A stretch of 64,000 nucleotides of DNA, taken from the IMG/VR virus record IMGVR_UViG_3300042562_001845, one strand, 5' to 3'. A model generated the notes under the pieces. It was given only the letters and a program-made list of their open reading frames with translations, did no database searches and was not told where the DNA came from. Numbering within the stretch: the stretch's first letter is position 1; each line of letters opens with the position of its first letter. Shown here one piece after another: positions 41,067 to 51,647 of this stretch. Made by a program: the position numbers and the translations under genes. Source of the DNA: an uncultured virus (IMG/VR IMGVR_UViG_3300042562_001845) (lineage: Duplodnaviria > Heunggongvirae > Uroviricota > Caudoviricetes).

Positions 41067-41777
41067 TTATCCTAATATATTTTTTATTATTTTCCAATAG
41101 TCTGGATGTCTTTCATCATTTTCATCAAATGCATCACCAACAAACTCATAGTCTTTTCTTTGTGTTGGAAAAGGTCTTATTTCAGCACCGTATTTTAATC
41201 CAAACTCTGAATGTTCAAATGATTTACCAACAACCAACGGGTAAACTATCTGTCCCAAAAAATCCTGATCCTCTGCTTGATACTTTCCTTTTCCTTGGTG
41301 TGCGTTCCACATCGCAAAAAGATTTGATATGTTTGATAGTATTCCGTTTCTGGAACCCCACATTCCTGTTAGTATAGGAACTTGATGATGTGGATGATCT
41401 CTCATTATATGAAAGTCTTTGTCAGATTTTAACCATTCGTTTATAGCCTCAACTTCTCTTAAAGATAATCTAGAATCACAATCTCTTGATATCAATACAT
41501 CAATTTCTGTATCTGCTAATGCGTTAAATCTCCAGAAAAGTCCACTATGGTTAAATCTTTCATACTCCGAAAATCTACCTTCTTTTCTTTTTAGAAGTAT
41601 TATCTCTGTGTTGTCGGATTCCAATGACTTTATTAGATTCTCATCACATGAATCGTCTACATAGAATCTACATATCCAACCAGGAAAATACTTTTTCGCT
41701 TGTTCAATGTTTTTACGTGCACCTATCCAATAGATTGGCTTGTCACCCCATAAGCTATATACTATTACTTTTTTCAT
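41067..41777 (-). CDS. Putative glycosyltransferase (GT-A-like)
   Basis: YSLWG, WRF, SRDCDSR, FHIMRDHP.H, DQDFL. Confidence 0.65.
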   Translation of the reverse strand: MKKVIVYSLWGDKPIYWIGARKNIEQAKKYFPGWICRFYVDDSCDENLIKSLESDNTEIILLKRKEGRFSEYERFNHSGLFWRFNALADTEIDVLISRDCDSRLSLREVEAINEWLKSDKDFHIMRDHPHHQVPILTGMWGSRNGILSNISNLFAMWNAHQGKGKYQAEDQDFLGQIVYPLVVGKSFEHSEFGLKYGAEIRPFPTQRKDYEFVGDAFDENDERHPDYWKIIKNILG

Positions 41778-41811
41778 AATACCGATATTATATCACATCT
41801 AATAATTTTTA

Positions 41812-42570
41812 TTATTGTCTTATTCTTGTTGCCAAAATAGGCATGTTTTTCAAATCATTCCAGTTCTCTGAATATGTTTCGTCTTTGATTATTAAGCTTT
41901 TATATCTCTTTCTTAAAATACCTAAAATAGATTGATCATGTCTGTGATCTCTAAACTCTGATGTTCTCTTATAGTCATTCCATATATCAGAAAAAAGATC
42001 TGGATGTTCACAAGCCATTCTATAATACTCATTTATTATCTTTGTGGAGTTTTCACACTTTCTAAAAATCAAAACACCACCGACAATCTGACTTGTTTTT
42101 CTCATTTCGTCATTATCATCTATTCCAAAATGTTCAAAAACTTTCTCATTTGTGTACATACTTTCAGTTAGTCCCGTAATTTCAAAAGACATAACACCAC
42201 AATCATCTTCTTTTATCATTTCTAAATACTCTTCGAGTCTTTGTTTACCGTTTATGTTTATGTGACATCCGGCGTCCGCATAAATACAATAATCACCATC
42301 ATTCATTCTATCAAAAGTACTCTTCAAAAAGTGAGATTTCCATAACCAATACCCGGCTCCTCTTGGTTGAAATAAATGTGGTACGGTTTTTTCTATAAAC
42401 TCTTTTGGTAGATTTTCAGGTCCGTAAACACTAACCTCATCAAATCCCATACTTATAGCTTCTTGTCTTATACGTTGCTTACTTTGTACGTATTTTGAAT
42501 CACCGTAAGAAAAAAAATATATCATTTTATTTTTCAAATATTTTATACAAGAATGATTTAATATTCTCAA
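41812..42570 (-). CDS. Putative glycosyltransferase
   Basis: GAGYWLWK, YADAGC, HRHDQS; true start may be MIYFF. Confidence 0.6.
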   Translation of the reverse strand: MRILNHSCIKYLKNKMIYFFSYGDSKYVQSKQRIRQEAISMGFDEVSVYGPENLPKEFIEKTVPHLFQPRGAGYWLWKSHFLKSTFDRMNDGDYCIYADAGCHININGKQRLEEYLEMIKEDDCGVMSFEITGLTESMYTNEKVFEHFGIDDNDEMRKTSQIVGGVLIFRKCENSTKIINEYYRMACEHPDLFSDIWNDYKRTSEFRDHRHDQSILGILRKRYKSLIIKDETYSENWNDLKNMPILATRIRQ

Positions 42571-43357
42571 TCTTGTTGTTGTCTGGTATATTATACTCTT
42601 CGAACCATGGTTTGTTTAACATCTTTAAATATCTACTATCATCTTTATCAAGTGCGATAATATAGTCAATCATATCATCTTCACTTGCAAAATCATAAAA
42701 GTTTATGAAAGATTCTGTATTAAACTCTTTCCCTATCAAAGGATTACCCCAATATAAAGGAATTGAATTCACAGTCATCGGCTCCATTATTTTTTCAGTT
42801 GTATAACCAGGATGTTGTGGTCTATATGCGTTGTTCTCAAATGCAATAGAAAACTTATATTCGGATTGAAACTTTCTTTTGTCAGGTACTGCATAACCAA
42901 TGTTGTTAGCAAATCTACCACCAGAATCAATCTTTTTATATTTAGAAAGTTTGGCAAAGAAGTTGTTTCGCTGCTGGCAATCTCCGTTAGAAACCACGAA
43001 GTTGCAGAACTTTCTTTTGGTCAACGATTCTTCTATCTTCTTTTCCAAAGCCAGTTCGTAGTATCCGTCGTATAAAAGATAGTGTGGTAGTCTATAGTTT
43101 CTGGAATCTTCCAAATAGTCGAAAGAGAAAGAATAGTCACAATATTCTAAAGGCGGTGCTATGTTCTCTCCGGTATAAAATATCTTCTTACAACTGTATC
43201 TTTGATGGTTCTGTCCAAACAAAGAAAAGAACAGAAAGTCAGGATTGTTTGAAATCTCTACTTCGAATTCTTCTTTAAGAAGATTGTAGAAATAGTTATC
43301 TGTCTTGTCGAATCCTCCCCAGAAGTCAGAGAAGTCTATCTTTATTTTTCTTTTCAT
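42527..43357 (-). CDS. GT10 alpha-1,3-fucosyltransferase-like protein
   Basis: FYTGEN, KFCNFVVSN, YKFSIAFEN...YTTEKI...PLYWG. Confidence 0.9.
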   Translation of the reverse strand: MKRKIKIDFSDFWGGFDKTDNYFYNLLKEEFEVEISNNPDFLFFSLFGQNHQRYSCKKIFYTGENIAPPLEYCDYSFSFDYLEDSRNYRLPHYLLYDGYYELALEKKIEESLTKRKFCNFVVSNGDCQQRNNFFAKLSKYKKIDSGGRFANNIGYAVPDKRKFQSEYKFSIAFENNAYRPQHPGYTTEKIMEPMTVNSIPLYWGNPLIGKEFNTESFINFYDFASEDDMIDYIIALDKDDSRYLKMLNKPWFEEYNIPDNNKIENIKSFLYKIFEK

Positions 43358-44055
43358 ACTATTATTCTTTCTTCTATTGACATAGACTGTCTTTTTTTCC
43401 ATGTCAAATCATCTTCTGCCCATTTTGCATTATAAGCCTGATCCGCTTGATCTACTTCTCTTTTACCAGCAGCGTAGTGTAGATGTTCAAACATTGTCTC
43501 ATCGTTCAACCTATCGTCGTAAAGAAGGTTTAAATCTTTTAGATTGTTGTATAACTCACAATCCGAAAACATATGATTATATGCTGGGTGGTATATAACT
43601 CCATTCATTTTTCTTAAACAACCATAAGTCATTATAGGAATAGTGATTGCGGCATGAAGCATATTTGAAGAGTCTGGTAGTTGATAACCATCTCTAACCA
43701 TCAAACCTACATCTCCTTTCCCTTCTAACTTATTCTTCAAATAAGTGTCCCATCCTTGTGGTGCCATAAAGTCGTCGCTCGCAAATACGACTATATCACC
43801 ATCTTCACATTTACCCATCTTAATTCCTAAGTTGGAAGAAAGTTGATATGAAGGATAACAAACACCAATCTTATTAGTGTTCAATGTTATCAAAAAGTTT
43901 TTACTTAGATATTCTCTAAGTTCGTCTGCTTGTTCTTTCCAGTTGACAGCGACGTATGTCTGTATGTTTTCTGGATTGTCAGCTCTCTTAATCCATTCAG
44001 AATGTGCTGACTGAAATTGTGCAGGTCTAAGCGTGCACCATAGTATGTGTATCAT
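43354..44055 (-). CDS. GT2-like glycosyltransferase
   Basis: VVFASDDF, YHPAY..FSD.E, FEHLH. Confidence 0.65.
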   Translation of the reverse strand: MIHILWCTLRPAQFQSAHSEWIKRADNPENIQTYVAVNWKEQADELREYLSKNFLITLNTNKIGVCYPSYQLSSNLGIKMGKCEDGDIVVFASDDFMAPQGWDTYLKNKLEGKGDVGLMVRDGYQLPDSSNMLHAAITIPIMTYGCLRKMNGVIYHPAYNHMFSDCELYNNLKDLNLLYDDRLNDETMFEHLHYAAGKREVDQADQAYNAKWAEDDLTWKKRQSMSIEERIIV

Positions 44056-45091
44056 CTTTTAATATATTTTTATTGTCATGCCAAATCATCAGCTTGACTA
44101 AAGATTCGAATTTTACCTGTGGTTCCCAACCCAAAACTTCTTTGGCTTTAGAGTAGTCACCTAATAAAGTATCGACTTCTGCAGGTCTATAATACTTACT
44201 ATCTATCTCAACGATTACTTTTCTACCAGATTTAGTTACTAGTTTTTCATCAATACCTTCACCAACCCATTCTACATCTACACCACATTGTTCTATAGCC
44301 AAATCAACAAATTCTTTAATACTATGTGTTTCATTTGTTGCAAGAACATAATCATCTGGTGTATCATGTTGTAACATTCTCCACATTCCCTCTACATAAT
44401 CTTTAGCATAACCCCAATCTCTTTTAGAATAAAGATTACCTAATTTTAAAGGTTCAAATTCTGTTTTATCGAGTAATGATTTCTTTATCTTAGAAAGGCC
44501 GATTGTTATCTTTCTAGTTACAAAAGTCTCACCTCTGCGTTCTCCTTCGTGGTTGAAAAGTATTCCGTTACATATAAACATTCCGTAAGACTCTCTGTAG
44601 TTCTTTGTTATCCAAAGACCATACATCTTTGCACAGCCATAAGGAGATCTTGGATGCATAACAGATGTTTCTGTATATCCAGTTTCGGGCATATTGTAAC
44701 TCATCCCACCATAAAGTTCTGATGTAGATGCTTGATATACTCTTGCCTTAGGACAATGATTTTTAACCGCCTCTAATATCACAAGAGTTCCCATCGCGTC
44801 TACCTGTCCTGTGTAATAAGGTTCTTCAAAAGAAACCTTCACATGTGATTGTGCTGCAAGGTTATATACCTCGTCTGGTTGTATTTTTGATATTAAGTTT
44901 GAAATCACCAACGGATCGGTAACGTCTCCATGATGTAGATTTAGTCTATCAAATATGTGGTCAATTCTTCCAGTATTGAAGGAAGATGATCTTCTGATAA
45001 CTCCGTGTACTTCATATCCTTTTTCTAAAAGTAGTTCTGCTAAATGTGAACCATCTTGTCCCGTTATTCCTGTTATTAAAGCCTTTTTCAT
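44027..45091 (-). CDS. gmd: GDP-mannose 4,6-dehydratase
   Basis: ALITGITGQDGS, LAAQSHV, QASTSELYG, SPYGCAK, RGETFVTRKI. Confidence 0.97.
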   Translation of the reverse strand: MKKALITGITGQDGSHLAELLLEKGYEVHGVIRRSSSFNTGRIDHIFDRLNLHHGDVTDPLVISNLISKIQPDEVYNLAAQSHVKVSFEEPYYTGQVDAMGTLVILEAVKNHCPKARVYQASTSELYGGMSYNMPETGYTETSVMHPRSPYGCAKMYGLWITKNYRESYGMFICNGILFNHEGERRGETFVTRKITIGLSKIKKSLLDKTEFEPLKLGNLYSKRDWGYAKDYVEGMWRMLQHDTPDDYVLATNETHSIKEFVDLAIEQCGVDVEWVGEGIDEKLVTKSGRKVIVEIDSKYYRPAEVDTLLGDYSKAKEVLGWEPQVKFESLVKLMIWHDNKNILKDDTHTMVHA

Positions 45092-45295
45092 TTATATTTT
45101 GTTTTTTAAATAAGCATTTACAATCTTTCCATCTTCTAACTCATAGGTTACTACTCTTAAATCATAAGATTCTTTTATAGATTCACTATTATATAATAAG
45201 TATCCATTGAATTGGCATATTTCATTAGCGATTGCAAAATCTTTTCCTATAATCTCATCTGTTATACTGAAGATAAATCTTTTACTTTTTTTCAT
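45092..45295 (-). CDS. Small hypothetical protein between fcl and gmd
   Basis: Coupled ORF. Confidence 0.5.
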   Translation of the reverse strand: MKKSKRFIFSITDEIIGKDFAIANEICQFNGYLLYNSESIKESYDLRVVTYELEDGKIVNAYLKNKI

Positions 45296-46205
45296 AGTCT
45301 CTGTATGTTTTTTCTATTCCATCTTTCAGTGAAGTAGTATACTTCCATCCAATCCCTTCTAATCTAGATACATCGAGTAACTTTCTTGGTGTTCCATCAG
45401 GCATACTGGTATTAAAGTGTATTCCTCCTTCATATCCAACAACTTTTGATATACCTACTGCAAGCTCTGCTATAGTAACATCTTGTCCAGTTCCGATATT
45501 CAAAATCTCATTTCCAGAATAGTTGTTCATTAAGAATACACAAGCATCTGCTAAATCTTCTACATAAAGAAACTCTCTCTTTGGTGTTCCTGTACCCCAG
45601 ATCTCTACGGATTCCTTTCCTTCTAACTTTGCCTCATGAAACTTTCTAATCATCGCAGGAAGAACGTGAGAGTTATTTAGGTCGTAGTTGTCGTTGGGGC
45701 CATATAGGTTCGTTGGCATCACCGAAATAAAGTTTGTTCCATATTGTTCGTTGTAACTTTGACACATTTTGATACCAGCTATTTTGGCAATTGCATAAGC
45801 GTCATTTGTAGATTCAAGTTCACCAGTCATAAGATATTCTTCTTTTATAGGTTGTTCACAGAACTTTGGATAGATACAAGAACTTCCTAAAAATATAAGT
45901 TTCTTTACATCATAAGAATATGAAGACTTGATAATGTTTGTCTGTATCATAATGTTTTCGTAGATGAAGTCGGCTTTCATATCACGATTTGCTTTAATAC
46001 CACCAACTTTAGCAGCAGCTAAAAAGACATATTCAGGTCCTATCTTTCTAAAGAAGTTGTCTACTTCAGATTGGTCGAGCAGGTTTAATTTACTTTTTGA
46101 CATTGTTATTATGTTTGTATAACCGAGTTGTTCAAGTCTTCTTACTATGGCGGAGCCGACCATTCCGTTGTGTCCAGCCACAAATATTCTAGAATCTAAA
46201 TTCAT
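45282..46205 (-). CDS. fcl: GDP-L-fucose synthase
   Basis: GHNGMVGSA, AAAKVGGI, FLGSSCIYP, YAIAK, PTNLYGP, SHVLPA. Confidence 0.97.
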   Translation of the reverse strand: MNLDSRIFVAGHNGMVGSAIVRRLEQLGYTNIITMSKSKLNLLDQSEVDNFFRKIGPEYVFLAAAKVGGIKANRDMKADFIYENIMIQTNIIKSSYSYDVKKLIFLGSSCIYPKFCEQPIKEEYLMTGELESTNDAYAIAKIAGIKMCQSYNEQYGTNFISVMPTNLYGPNDNYDLNNSHVLPAMIRKFHEAKLEGKESVEIWGTGTPKREFLYVEDLADACVFLMNNYSGNEILNIGTGQDVTIAELAVGISKVVGYEGGIHFNTSMPDGTPRKLLDVSRLEGIGWKYTTSLKDGIEKTYRDYEKK

Positions 46206-46237
46206 TTATAGTTTTTACGTTTTTTAGTTATATAGAA

Positions 46238-46271
46238 AAAAAAAGAGAGAGTTTAAAACTCTCTCTTTTTT
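46238..46271 (-). terminator. Terminator after clpC, overlapping the glycan-operon promoter
   Basis: AAAAAGAGAGAGTTT/AAACTCTCTCTTTTT inverted repeat. Confidence 0.7.
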
Positions 46272-46272
46272 A

Positions 46273-48399
46273 TTATTCGTCTTTTTTCTTTCTTACCTTT
46301 TTGACTGGCTTTTCAAGAATAACAAATGACTTATCGTCTTCTTTGTTGTAGTCCATTAAGAAACTTGTTCCTTCTTTAGGATTGTTCTCAATGATATAGT
46401 CAGTGATGATATCATCAACCCATCTTTGAATGGCTCTCTTTAAAGGTCGAGCACCATACTTAGGATCATATCCTACTTCTACCAAATGCTCTTTTAAAGC
46501 TTCTGTGATTTGTGTAGGGTATCCAATGTCTGAAGCTCTTTTGATAGTCTTAACAAGCTCAAGATCTACGATTTTAAGAATCTCTTCTTTACCTAAATCT
46601 TTGAAGTAGATAATCTCGTCAAGTCTGTTAATGAACTCAGGAGCAAACTTGTTTTTAAGTTCTTTCTCTAAAATTCCTTTAATCTCTTCTTCTCTTACGT
46701 TTTCTTTGTTCTTCGTAGAGAATCCAACACCAGTTCCAAAGTCTTTTATCAATTTAGTTCCTACGTTAGAAGTCATCAAAATGATACAGTTTTTAAAACT
46801 TACCTTTCTTCCGTGTGAATCTGTTACGTGGCCGTCATCTAACATTTGAAGAAAGATGTTGAATACTTCAGGATGTGCTTTCTCAATCTCATCAAAAAGA
46901 ACTACTGAATAAGGTTTTCTTCTGATTCTATCAAGAACATTTGCGTCATCGTATCCAACGTATCCAGGTGCAGAACCTTGTATTTTAGAGATAGATATTT
47001 TATCCATATACTCAGACATATCTAATCTAATCAAAGAATCTTCTGAATCGAATAAGTATTTAGCAATCTGTTTAGCTAACTCAGTCTTACCAACACCAGA
47101 GTTTCCAATAAGCATTCCACTAAAAACTGGTTTGTTTTCGTCTTTCATACCAACACGACCTCTTTGAATAGCTCTAACGACTTTCTTAACAGCTTCGTCT
47201 TGACCAACAACTTTACCAGAGATTTCAGTTCCCATCTTAGCAAGTCTTGTGTTTTCTTTCTCACCAACTTTCTGTAATGGAATACCAGTCATCATAGAAA
47301 CAACTTCAGCAACATTGTCTTCAGTAACAGTTTGTCTGTTTCTAGAAGATTCGTCTTCCCAATCTTTTCTAGCTTTCTCTAAACTCTCATTAAGTTGACG
47401 TTCAACGTCTCTTAATTTAGCAGCTTCTTCATACTTTTGAGAACGGATAACTTCGTTCTTTTTATCTTTGATGTCAGAAATCTTTTTCTCGATATCTGTA
47501 ATCTCTTTAGGAACTACAATGTTAGAGATATGAACTCTTGATCCAGCTTCATCTAAAGCATCAATCGCTTTGTCTGGTAAGAATCTGTCGGTCATATATC
47601 TACTTGTTAAATCAACACAAGCTTTGATTGCTTCTGGTGTGTATTCAACATTGTGGTGTGATTCGTATTTGTCTTTGATGTTATTCAAAATTTCCATACT
47701 TTCTTCCGGAGAAGCAGCTTCGATGATTACTTTTTGAAATCTTCTTTCTAAAGCACCATCTTTCTCAATGTGTTTTCTGTACTCATCAAGAGTAGTAGCA
47801 CCAATGATTTGTATCTCACCTCTAGCCAATGCTGGCTTGAACATATTACTAGCATCCATAGAACCTGAAGCACCACCTGCACCAATCATAGTGTGAATCT
47901 CATCGATGAAAAGAATCACATCAGGATTTTTCTCCATCTCTCCCATAAGAGCTTTGATTCTTTCTTCAAACTGACCTCTGTATTTAGTACCGGCAACCAT
48001 AGAAGCTAAGTCTAACATAACAACTCTTTTGTTAAAAAGAATTCTACTAACTTTTCTTTGTATAATTCTAAGTGCCAATCCTTCTGCTACAGAAGATTTA
48101 CCAACACCTGGCTCTCCTATTAAGATAGGGTTGTTCTTTTTTCTTCTCGCCAAGATTTGAGAAACTCTTTCGATTTCTTTCTCACGTCCTACGATAGGAT
48201 CAAGTTTTCCTTCTTCTGCCATCTTCGTAAGATCACGGCTATAAGTATCCAATACTGGAGTCTTTGTCTTAGCATCGGTCTTTTTGTTTCCTGAACTGTA
48301 AGAAGATTTTTCATCGTCGTCGTCGTCATCTATCGCAGACTTGATGTTAGGCAGCCTTTTAAGGTATTCGCTGTCTTCTGATTTTTTATTTTTTCCCAT
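46273..48399 (-). CDS. clpC: ClpC-type AAA+ chaperone lacking the N-terminal Clp domain
   Basis: [17 protein letters not shown]-like [31 protein letters not shown] loop, GARPL. Confidence 0.9.
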   Translation of the reverse strand: MGKNKKSEDSEYLKRLPNIKSAIDDDDDDEKSSYSSGNKKTDAKTKTPVLDTYSRDLTKMAEEGKLDPIVGREKEIERVSQILARRKKNNPILIGEPGVGKSSVAEGLALRIIQRKVSRILFNKRVVMLDLASMVAGTKYRGQFEERIKALMGEMEKNPDVILFIDEIHTMIGAGGASGSMDASNMFKPALARGEIQIIGATTLDEYRKHIEKDGALERRFQKVIIEAASPEESMEILNNIKDKYESHHNVEYTPEAIKACVDLTSRYMTDRFLPDKAIDALDEAGSRVHISNIVVPKEITDIEKKISDIKDKKNEVIRSQKYEEAAKLRDVERQLNESLEKARKDWEDESSRNRQTVTEDNVAEVVSMMTGIPLQKVGEKENTRLAKMGTEISGKVVGQDEAVKKVVRAIQRGRVGMKDENKPVFSGMLIGNSGVGKTELAKQIAKYLFDSEDSLIRLDMSEYMDKISISKIQGSAPGYVGYDDANVLDRIRRKPYSVVLFDEIEKAHPEVFNIFLQMLDDGHVTDSHGRKVSFKNCIILMTSNVGTKLIKDFGTGVGFSTKNKENVREEEIKGILEKELKNKFAPEFINRLDEIIYFKDLGKEEILKIVDLELVKTIKRASDIGYPTQITEALKEHLVEVGYDPKYGARPLKRAIQRWVDDIITDYIIENNPKEGTSFLMDYNKEDDKSFVILEKPVKKVRKKKDE

Positions 48400-48431
48400 A
48401 TATTCTTTTTTGTTTTAATATGTATTGATAT

Positions 48432-48785
48432 TTATATTTTTATAATAATAAAAGTTGTTTTGTCGTCTAATATATCATCTATGATTGTGTCTCTTCTATT
48501 TGATATGTTATGAGCGTCCAGATTCTCACATCTGATGCTCATAGATATTTTTTTACCAAAGTCTATGTCCATTGTTTTTATTCTACAATTCTGTGCCGCA
48601 AACTTTACGGTTGATATGTCAAAGCTTTTCCTTCCTTCGTATATATTTATAAATTCATCGTAGTATTTCGGATATGTACTTATGTCTAATGTAAGGTATA
48701 GAATAGCCCATTTCTCAAAAGAAAGTTGTACATCACATTCCTTTACATAGAATGTATCGTTTGCTATTTTTAACCAGTTGTTCAT
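48432..48785 (-). CDS. Hypothetical protein with RDTIIDDIL motif
   Basis: ORF. Confidence 0.65.
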   Translation of the reverse strand: MNNWLKIANDTFYVKECDVQLSFEKWAILYLTLDISTYPKYYDEFINIYEGRKSFDISTVKFAAQNCRIKTMDIDFGKKISMSIRCENLDAHNISNRRDTIIDDILDDKTTFIIIKI

Positions 48786-49369
48786 TATGCCAGTTTTACT
48801 TTATTTGGATTTAAAAAGTCTCTAAGAAAAGCATTCTTCTCACCACCAACAAAATCTACCCAGTCAGAATAAAGTTTTCTTTCTTTATCACTACCGTTAA
48901 GAAAGTATCCATCTTTTCTCATTTTTTCTATCTTGTTACTATTCATCATGTTATCTTGAAGATATGAGAAGTGATTTGTCATAACCCAATCTCCAAAGTC
49001 TGGATAGTCTTTTCTATTGAATACTCTTTCATCTATGATAAAAACTATTGCAGAAAGCATATCATTTAGATCCGGTTCGTAGAACGTCGCTAGATTTACT
49101 TCATTAAGCATAAGAACTTCTAAAGTATCTTCCATCGTTCCCTGATATTCGTTTTCGTCGTGGTGATATCTATTCATTGAGTGATTGGATGTTCCTCCAT
49201 TTAGTATGATGAATGTCTTCCAATATTTGGCCCAATCAAGGTATTGTCCGACGTTGAAGTTTTCCAACGCATATTCAACTACTGCATGTCCGAATTGAAT
49301 TCCTTTCTGTATCTCGCTGATATTGTAAGGAACGAATCCATACATTCTAAGTTCTAGTTCATTTTTCAT
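48785..49369 (-). CDS. Pth2-like peptidyl-tRNA hydrolase fold protein
   Basis: KGIQFGHA, W...KTFIILNGG, FYEPDLN..LSAI. Confidence 0.6.
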   Translation of the reverse strand: MKNELELRMYGFVPYNISEIQKGIQFGHAVVEYALENFNVGQYLDWAKYWKTFIILNGGTSNHSMNRYHHDENEYQGTMEDTLEVLMLNEVNLATFYEPDLNDMLSAIVFIIDERVFNRKDYPDFGDWVMTNHFSYLQDNMMNSNKIEKMRKDGYFLNGSDKERKLYSDWVDFVGGEKNAFLRDFLNPNKVKLA

Positions 49370-49398
49370 AGATTTTATATAGTGAAAACTTCAAAAGT

Positions 49399-49884
49399 TT
49401 ATTTAACCCTATTAGAAAGGCTTCTATTACTGAACTGTTTTAATCCTGTTACTTCAAGTAGATTTTTCTTTTGTATAAACTCTGGAATCTCTAACTCATA
49501 GTCTTCACTAGGTATTTCAATCTCTGCCACTATAATATGACATTTTTGAGAGAACACGTCGACTTCCCACTTTAGTTCTCCGTCTGGATATATTCTTCTT
49601 TCTTTTGTGATGTATCTTGCATTTTGTTTTGCGGATTTACAACGCTTTACGAAATCATCAAATTCATCTTTGTCCATATCATATTCATCTTCAATATTCG
49701 AAATATCTGATATTCTAGTTTTTATCGTATGAACCCATTTAATTCCATAGATGTTAGAGTCCATTGAGCGAGCTCTTTCCCATATACCATCTACTTTAAG
49801 ATACCATTGTTTTATTTTTATAACTTCCGTAGGCTTTAAATCCGGAACTGCCTTTAGTAAAAACTTTCTTTCAATCTCTATCAT
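49399..49884 (-). CDS. CYTH-domain protein
   Basis: EIERKFL, KWEVDVF, VAEIE, EVTG...SN. Confidence 0.88.
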   Translation of the reverse strand: MIEIERKFLLKAVPDLKPTEVIKIKQWYLKVDGIWERARSMDSNIYGIKWVHTIKTRISDISNIEDEYDMDKDEFDDFVKRCKSAKQNARYITKERRIYPDGELKWEVDVFSQKCHIIVAEIEIPSEDYELEIPEFIQKKNLLEVTGLKQFSNRSLSNRVK

Positions 49885-50326
49885 CCTCTGTGTCTTTTTT
49901 CATCCATCTTTCTACCTTCTCAAAAAAGTGAGATATAAATATAAGTCCAATAGTAAGTACTATCGGTGTTAGTGTAAGTCCCATTCCACATAGTATTCCT
50001 ATGGCCGATATGGTCCAAATGAATGCTGCTGTAGTAAGTCCTATTATTTTGTCTTTATTTTGTATTATCGCTCCAGCACCTAAGAATCCAATCCCGGTTA
50101 CTATAGTAGAAAGGATTCTGGTTGGATCAGATAAACTGAATTGTTGTGCTGCCAAAAAAGAAACAATTGTAAAGATACAAGATCCTACACATATAAGTAT
50201 GTTGGTTCTTATACCAGCCACTTTGTTTCTTCGTTCTCTTTCCCAACCGACTAGCGCACCACATATAGTAGCAACTCCCACTTTTGGAAGTATAGTTGCA
50301 AGTGCTATTATTTCGTTTATGAACAT
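49871..50326 (-). CDS. MgtC/SapB family membrane protein
   Basis: GWERE...AGIRT, DPTRI, GIGFLGAG.I, GLTTAA..W; start probably MFINE. Confidence 0.9.
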   Translation of the reverse strand: MFINEIIALATILPKVGVATICGALVGWERERRNKVAGIRTNILICVGSCIFTIVSFLAAQQFSLSDPTRILSTIVTGIGFLGAGAIIQNKDKIIGLTTAAFIWTISAIGILCGMGLTLTPIVLTIGLIFISHFFEKVERWMKKDTEDDRD

Positions 50327-50409
50327 AAGAGTATTTATAAAAAACAGATGTTTATGTTTTGACAAAGATACAAAATTTAATATTAGATTTCAGATTTAAT
50401 ATATAATGT

Positions 50410-50640
50410 ATGGAAAACTTCATGGAAATAATGGCATACATTGGCTCACTTATCATATTGATTAGCTTTTGTACGAAAAACGTGAATCTACTTAGAGTTT
50501 TAAATAACGTAGGATGTGTTATATTTTTATTCTACGCTTTCTATCACGGAAGACTGCCGTTGATAATTTTAAATTCGATGGTGATTGTAGTAAATATGTA
50601 TCACATATGGTCAGATAAAAAACAAGTAATAAAAAGATGA
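50410..50640 (+). CDS. Small membrane protein (YgjV-like)
   Basis: Three hydrophobic segments, LRVLN..GC; AATATATA-N4-ATG. Confidence 0.65.
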   Translation: MENFMEIMAYIGSLIILISFCTKNVNLLRVLNNVGCVIFLFYAFYHGRLPLIILNSMVIVVNMYHIWSDKKQVIKR

Positions 50641-50837
50641 AATACTTGAAAAGATTCAACGAATCCAAAAAAGATAAAGTTGAAATATCTGAATTGATAA
50701 AACGTAAAAATGCTGGAGAGAAATTGACTGATGATGAAATGTATTTAGTACACCGTCATTTTTATGAAACTAGTAAAGAATATAAAGATCATTATAATAA
50801 AATGATAAATAAATTATTAAATAAAGATAAAAAATAA
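50637..50837 (+). CDS. Small protein with MKYLKRFNES tag
   Basis: Coupled ORF. Confidence 0.7.
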   Translation: MKYLKRFNESKKDKVEISELIKRKNAGEKLTDDEMYLVHRHFYETSKEYKDHYNKMINKLLNKDKK

Positions 50838-50845
50838 ATAATAAA

Positions 50846-51028
50846 ATGAAACACTTAAAAAGATTCAACGAAGCTGTTAAGACAGAGAAAACATCTAAGA
50901 AAGATGAAATCGAAGACTTTATCGGTAAAAACAAAAAAAACAAATCTTCTTACGAAATGTATAAAGTATTAAGAGAGAAAGGTTATACTGAAGCTAATCT
51001 TAAAGATTATTTTCACGATAACTATTAA
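50846..51028 (+). CDS. Small protein with MKHLKRFNEA tag
   Basis: ORF. Confidence 0.7.
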   Translation: MKHLKRFNEAVKTEKTSKKDEIEDFIGKNKKNKSSYEMYKVLREKGYTEANLKDYFHDNY

Positions 51029-51043
51029 AAATAAATATACATT

Positions 51044-51646
51044 ATGTTAAAGAGTAAATCAAAAATGATTAAACCGATTTCACTTCCTGAATACAGAGGT
51101 GATCAAGTTTATATGCACGAATTCGATATGGCCAATCCTTCTTTACCAAAAGGTTATGAAAGATGGAATACTACATTAAAAGAAATAGTTGCTGCTTCTC
51201 CTAAACAAACAGGGAAAGCTTATATCACTATCGATGAAAAGATTGTAAGAGCAGGTAAATCTCATAGAAGAGGTGGACCACATACTGATGGAAACTACCT
51301 ATTTGGATGGGGCGGTGGCGGCGGTGGCTGGTTAACTGGTGAAGATGGAAGATTATTACCAAGAGAACAACACGAAGAACAATATTGTTCTGAAAAGGGT
51401 GGAATGCTTATTGTTTCTTCCTATGAAGCTTGTAAAGGATGGAATGGAGAATTTGAAGGTCAGCCAAACCAAGGTGGAGATTGCACTCATTTAGATCTTT
51501 CTAATATGAATAGCTTTAACTTAAAAAGCCATACTTTATATTGGGGAAATAGTACATTCATTCATGAATCACTTCCATTAGAAGAAGATGTTGAAAGACA
51601 ACTTGTAAGGATTACATTACCTGCAGATGCAGAAGATTTAGTATAA
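51044..51646 (+). CDS. 2OG-Fe(II) oxygenase-like protein
   Basis: HRRGGPHTDG (HxD), distal IHES, RQLVR. Confidence 0.6.
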   Translation: MLKSKSKMIKPISLPEYRGDQVYMHEFDMANPSLPKGYERWNTTLKEIVAASPKQTGKAYITIDEKIVRAGKSHRRGGPHTDGNYLFGWGGGGGGWLTGEDGRLLPREQHEEQYCSEKGGMLIVSSYEACKGWNGEFEGQPNQGGDCTHLDLSNMNSFNLKSHTLYWGNSTFIHESLPLEEDVERQLVRITLPADAEDLV

Positions 51647-51647
51647 C

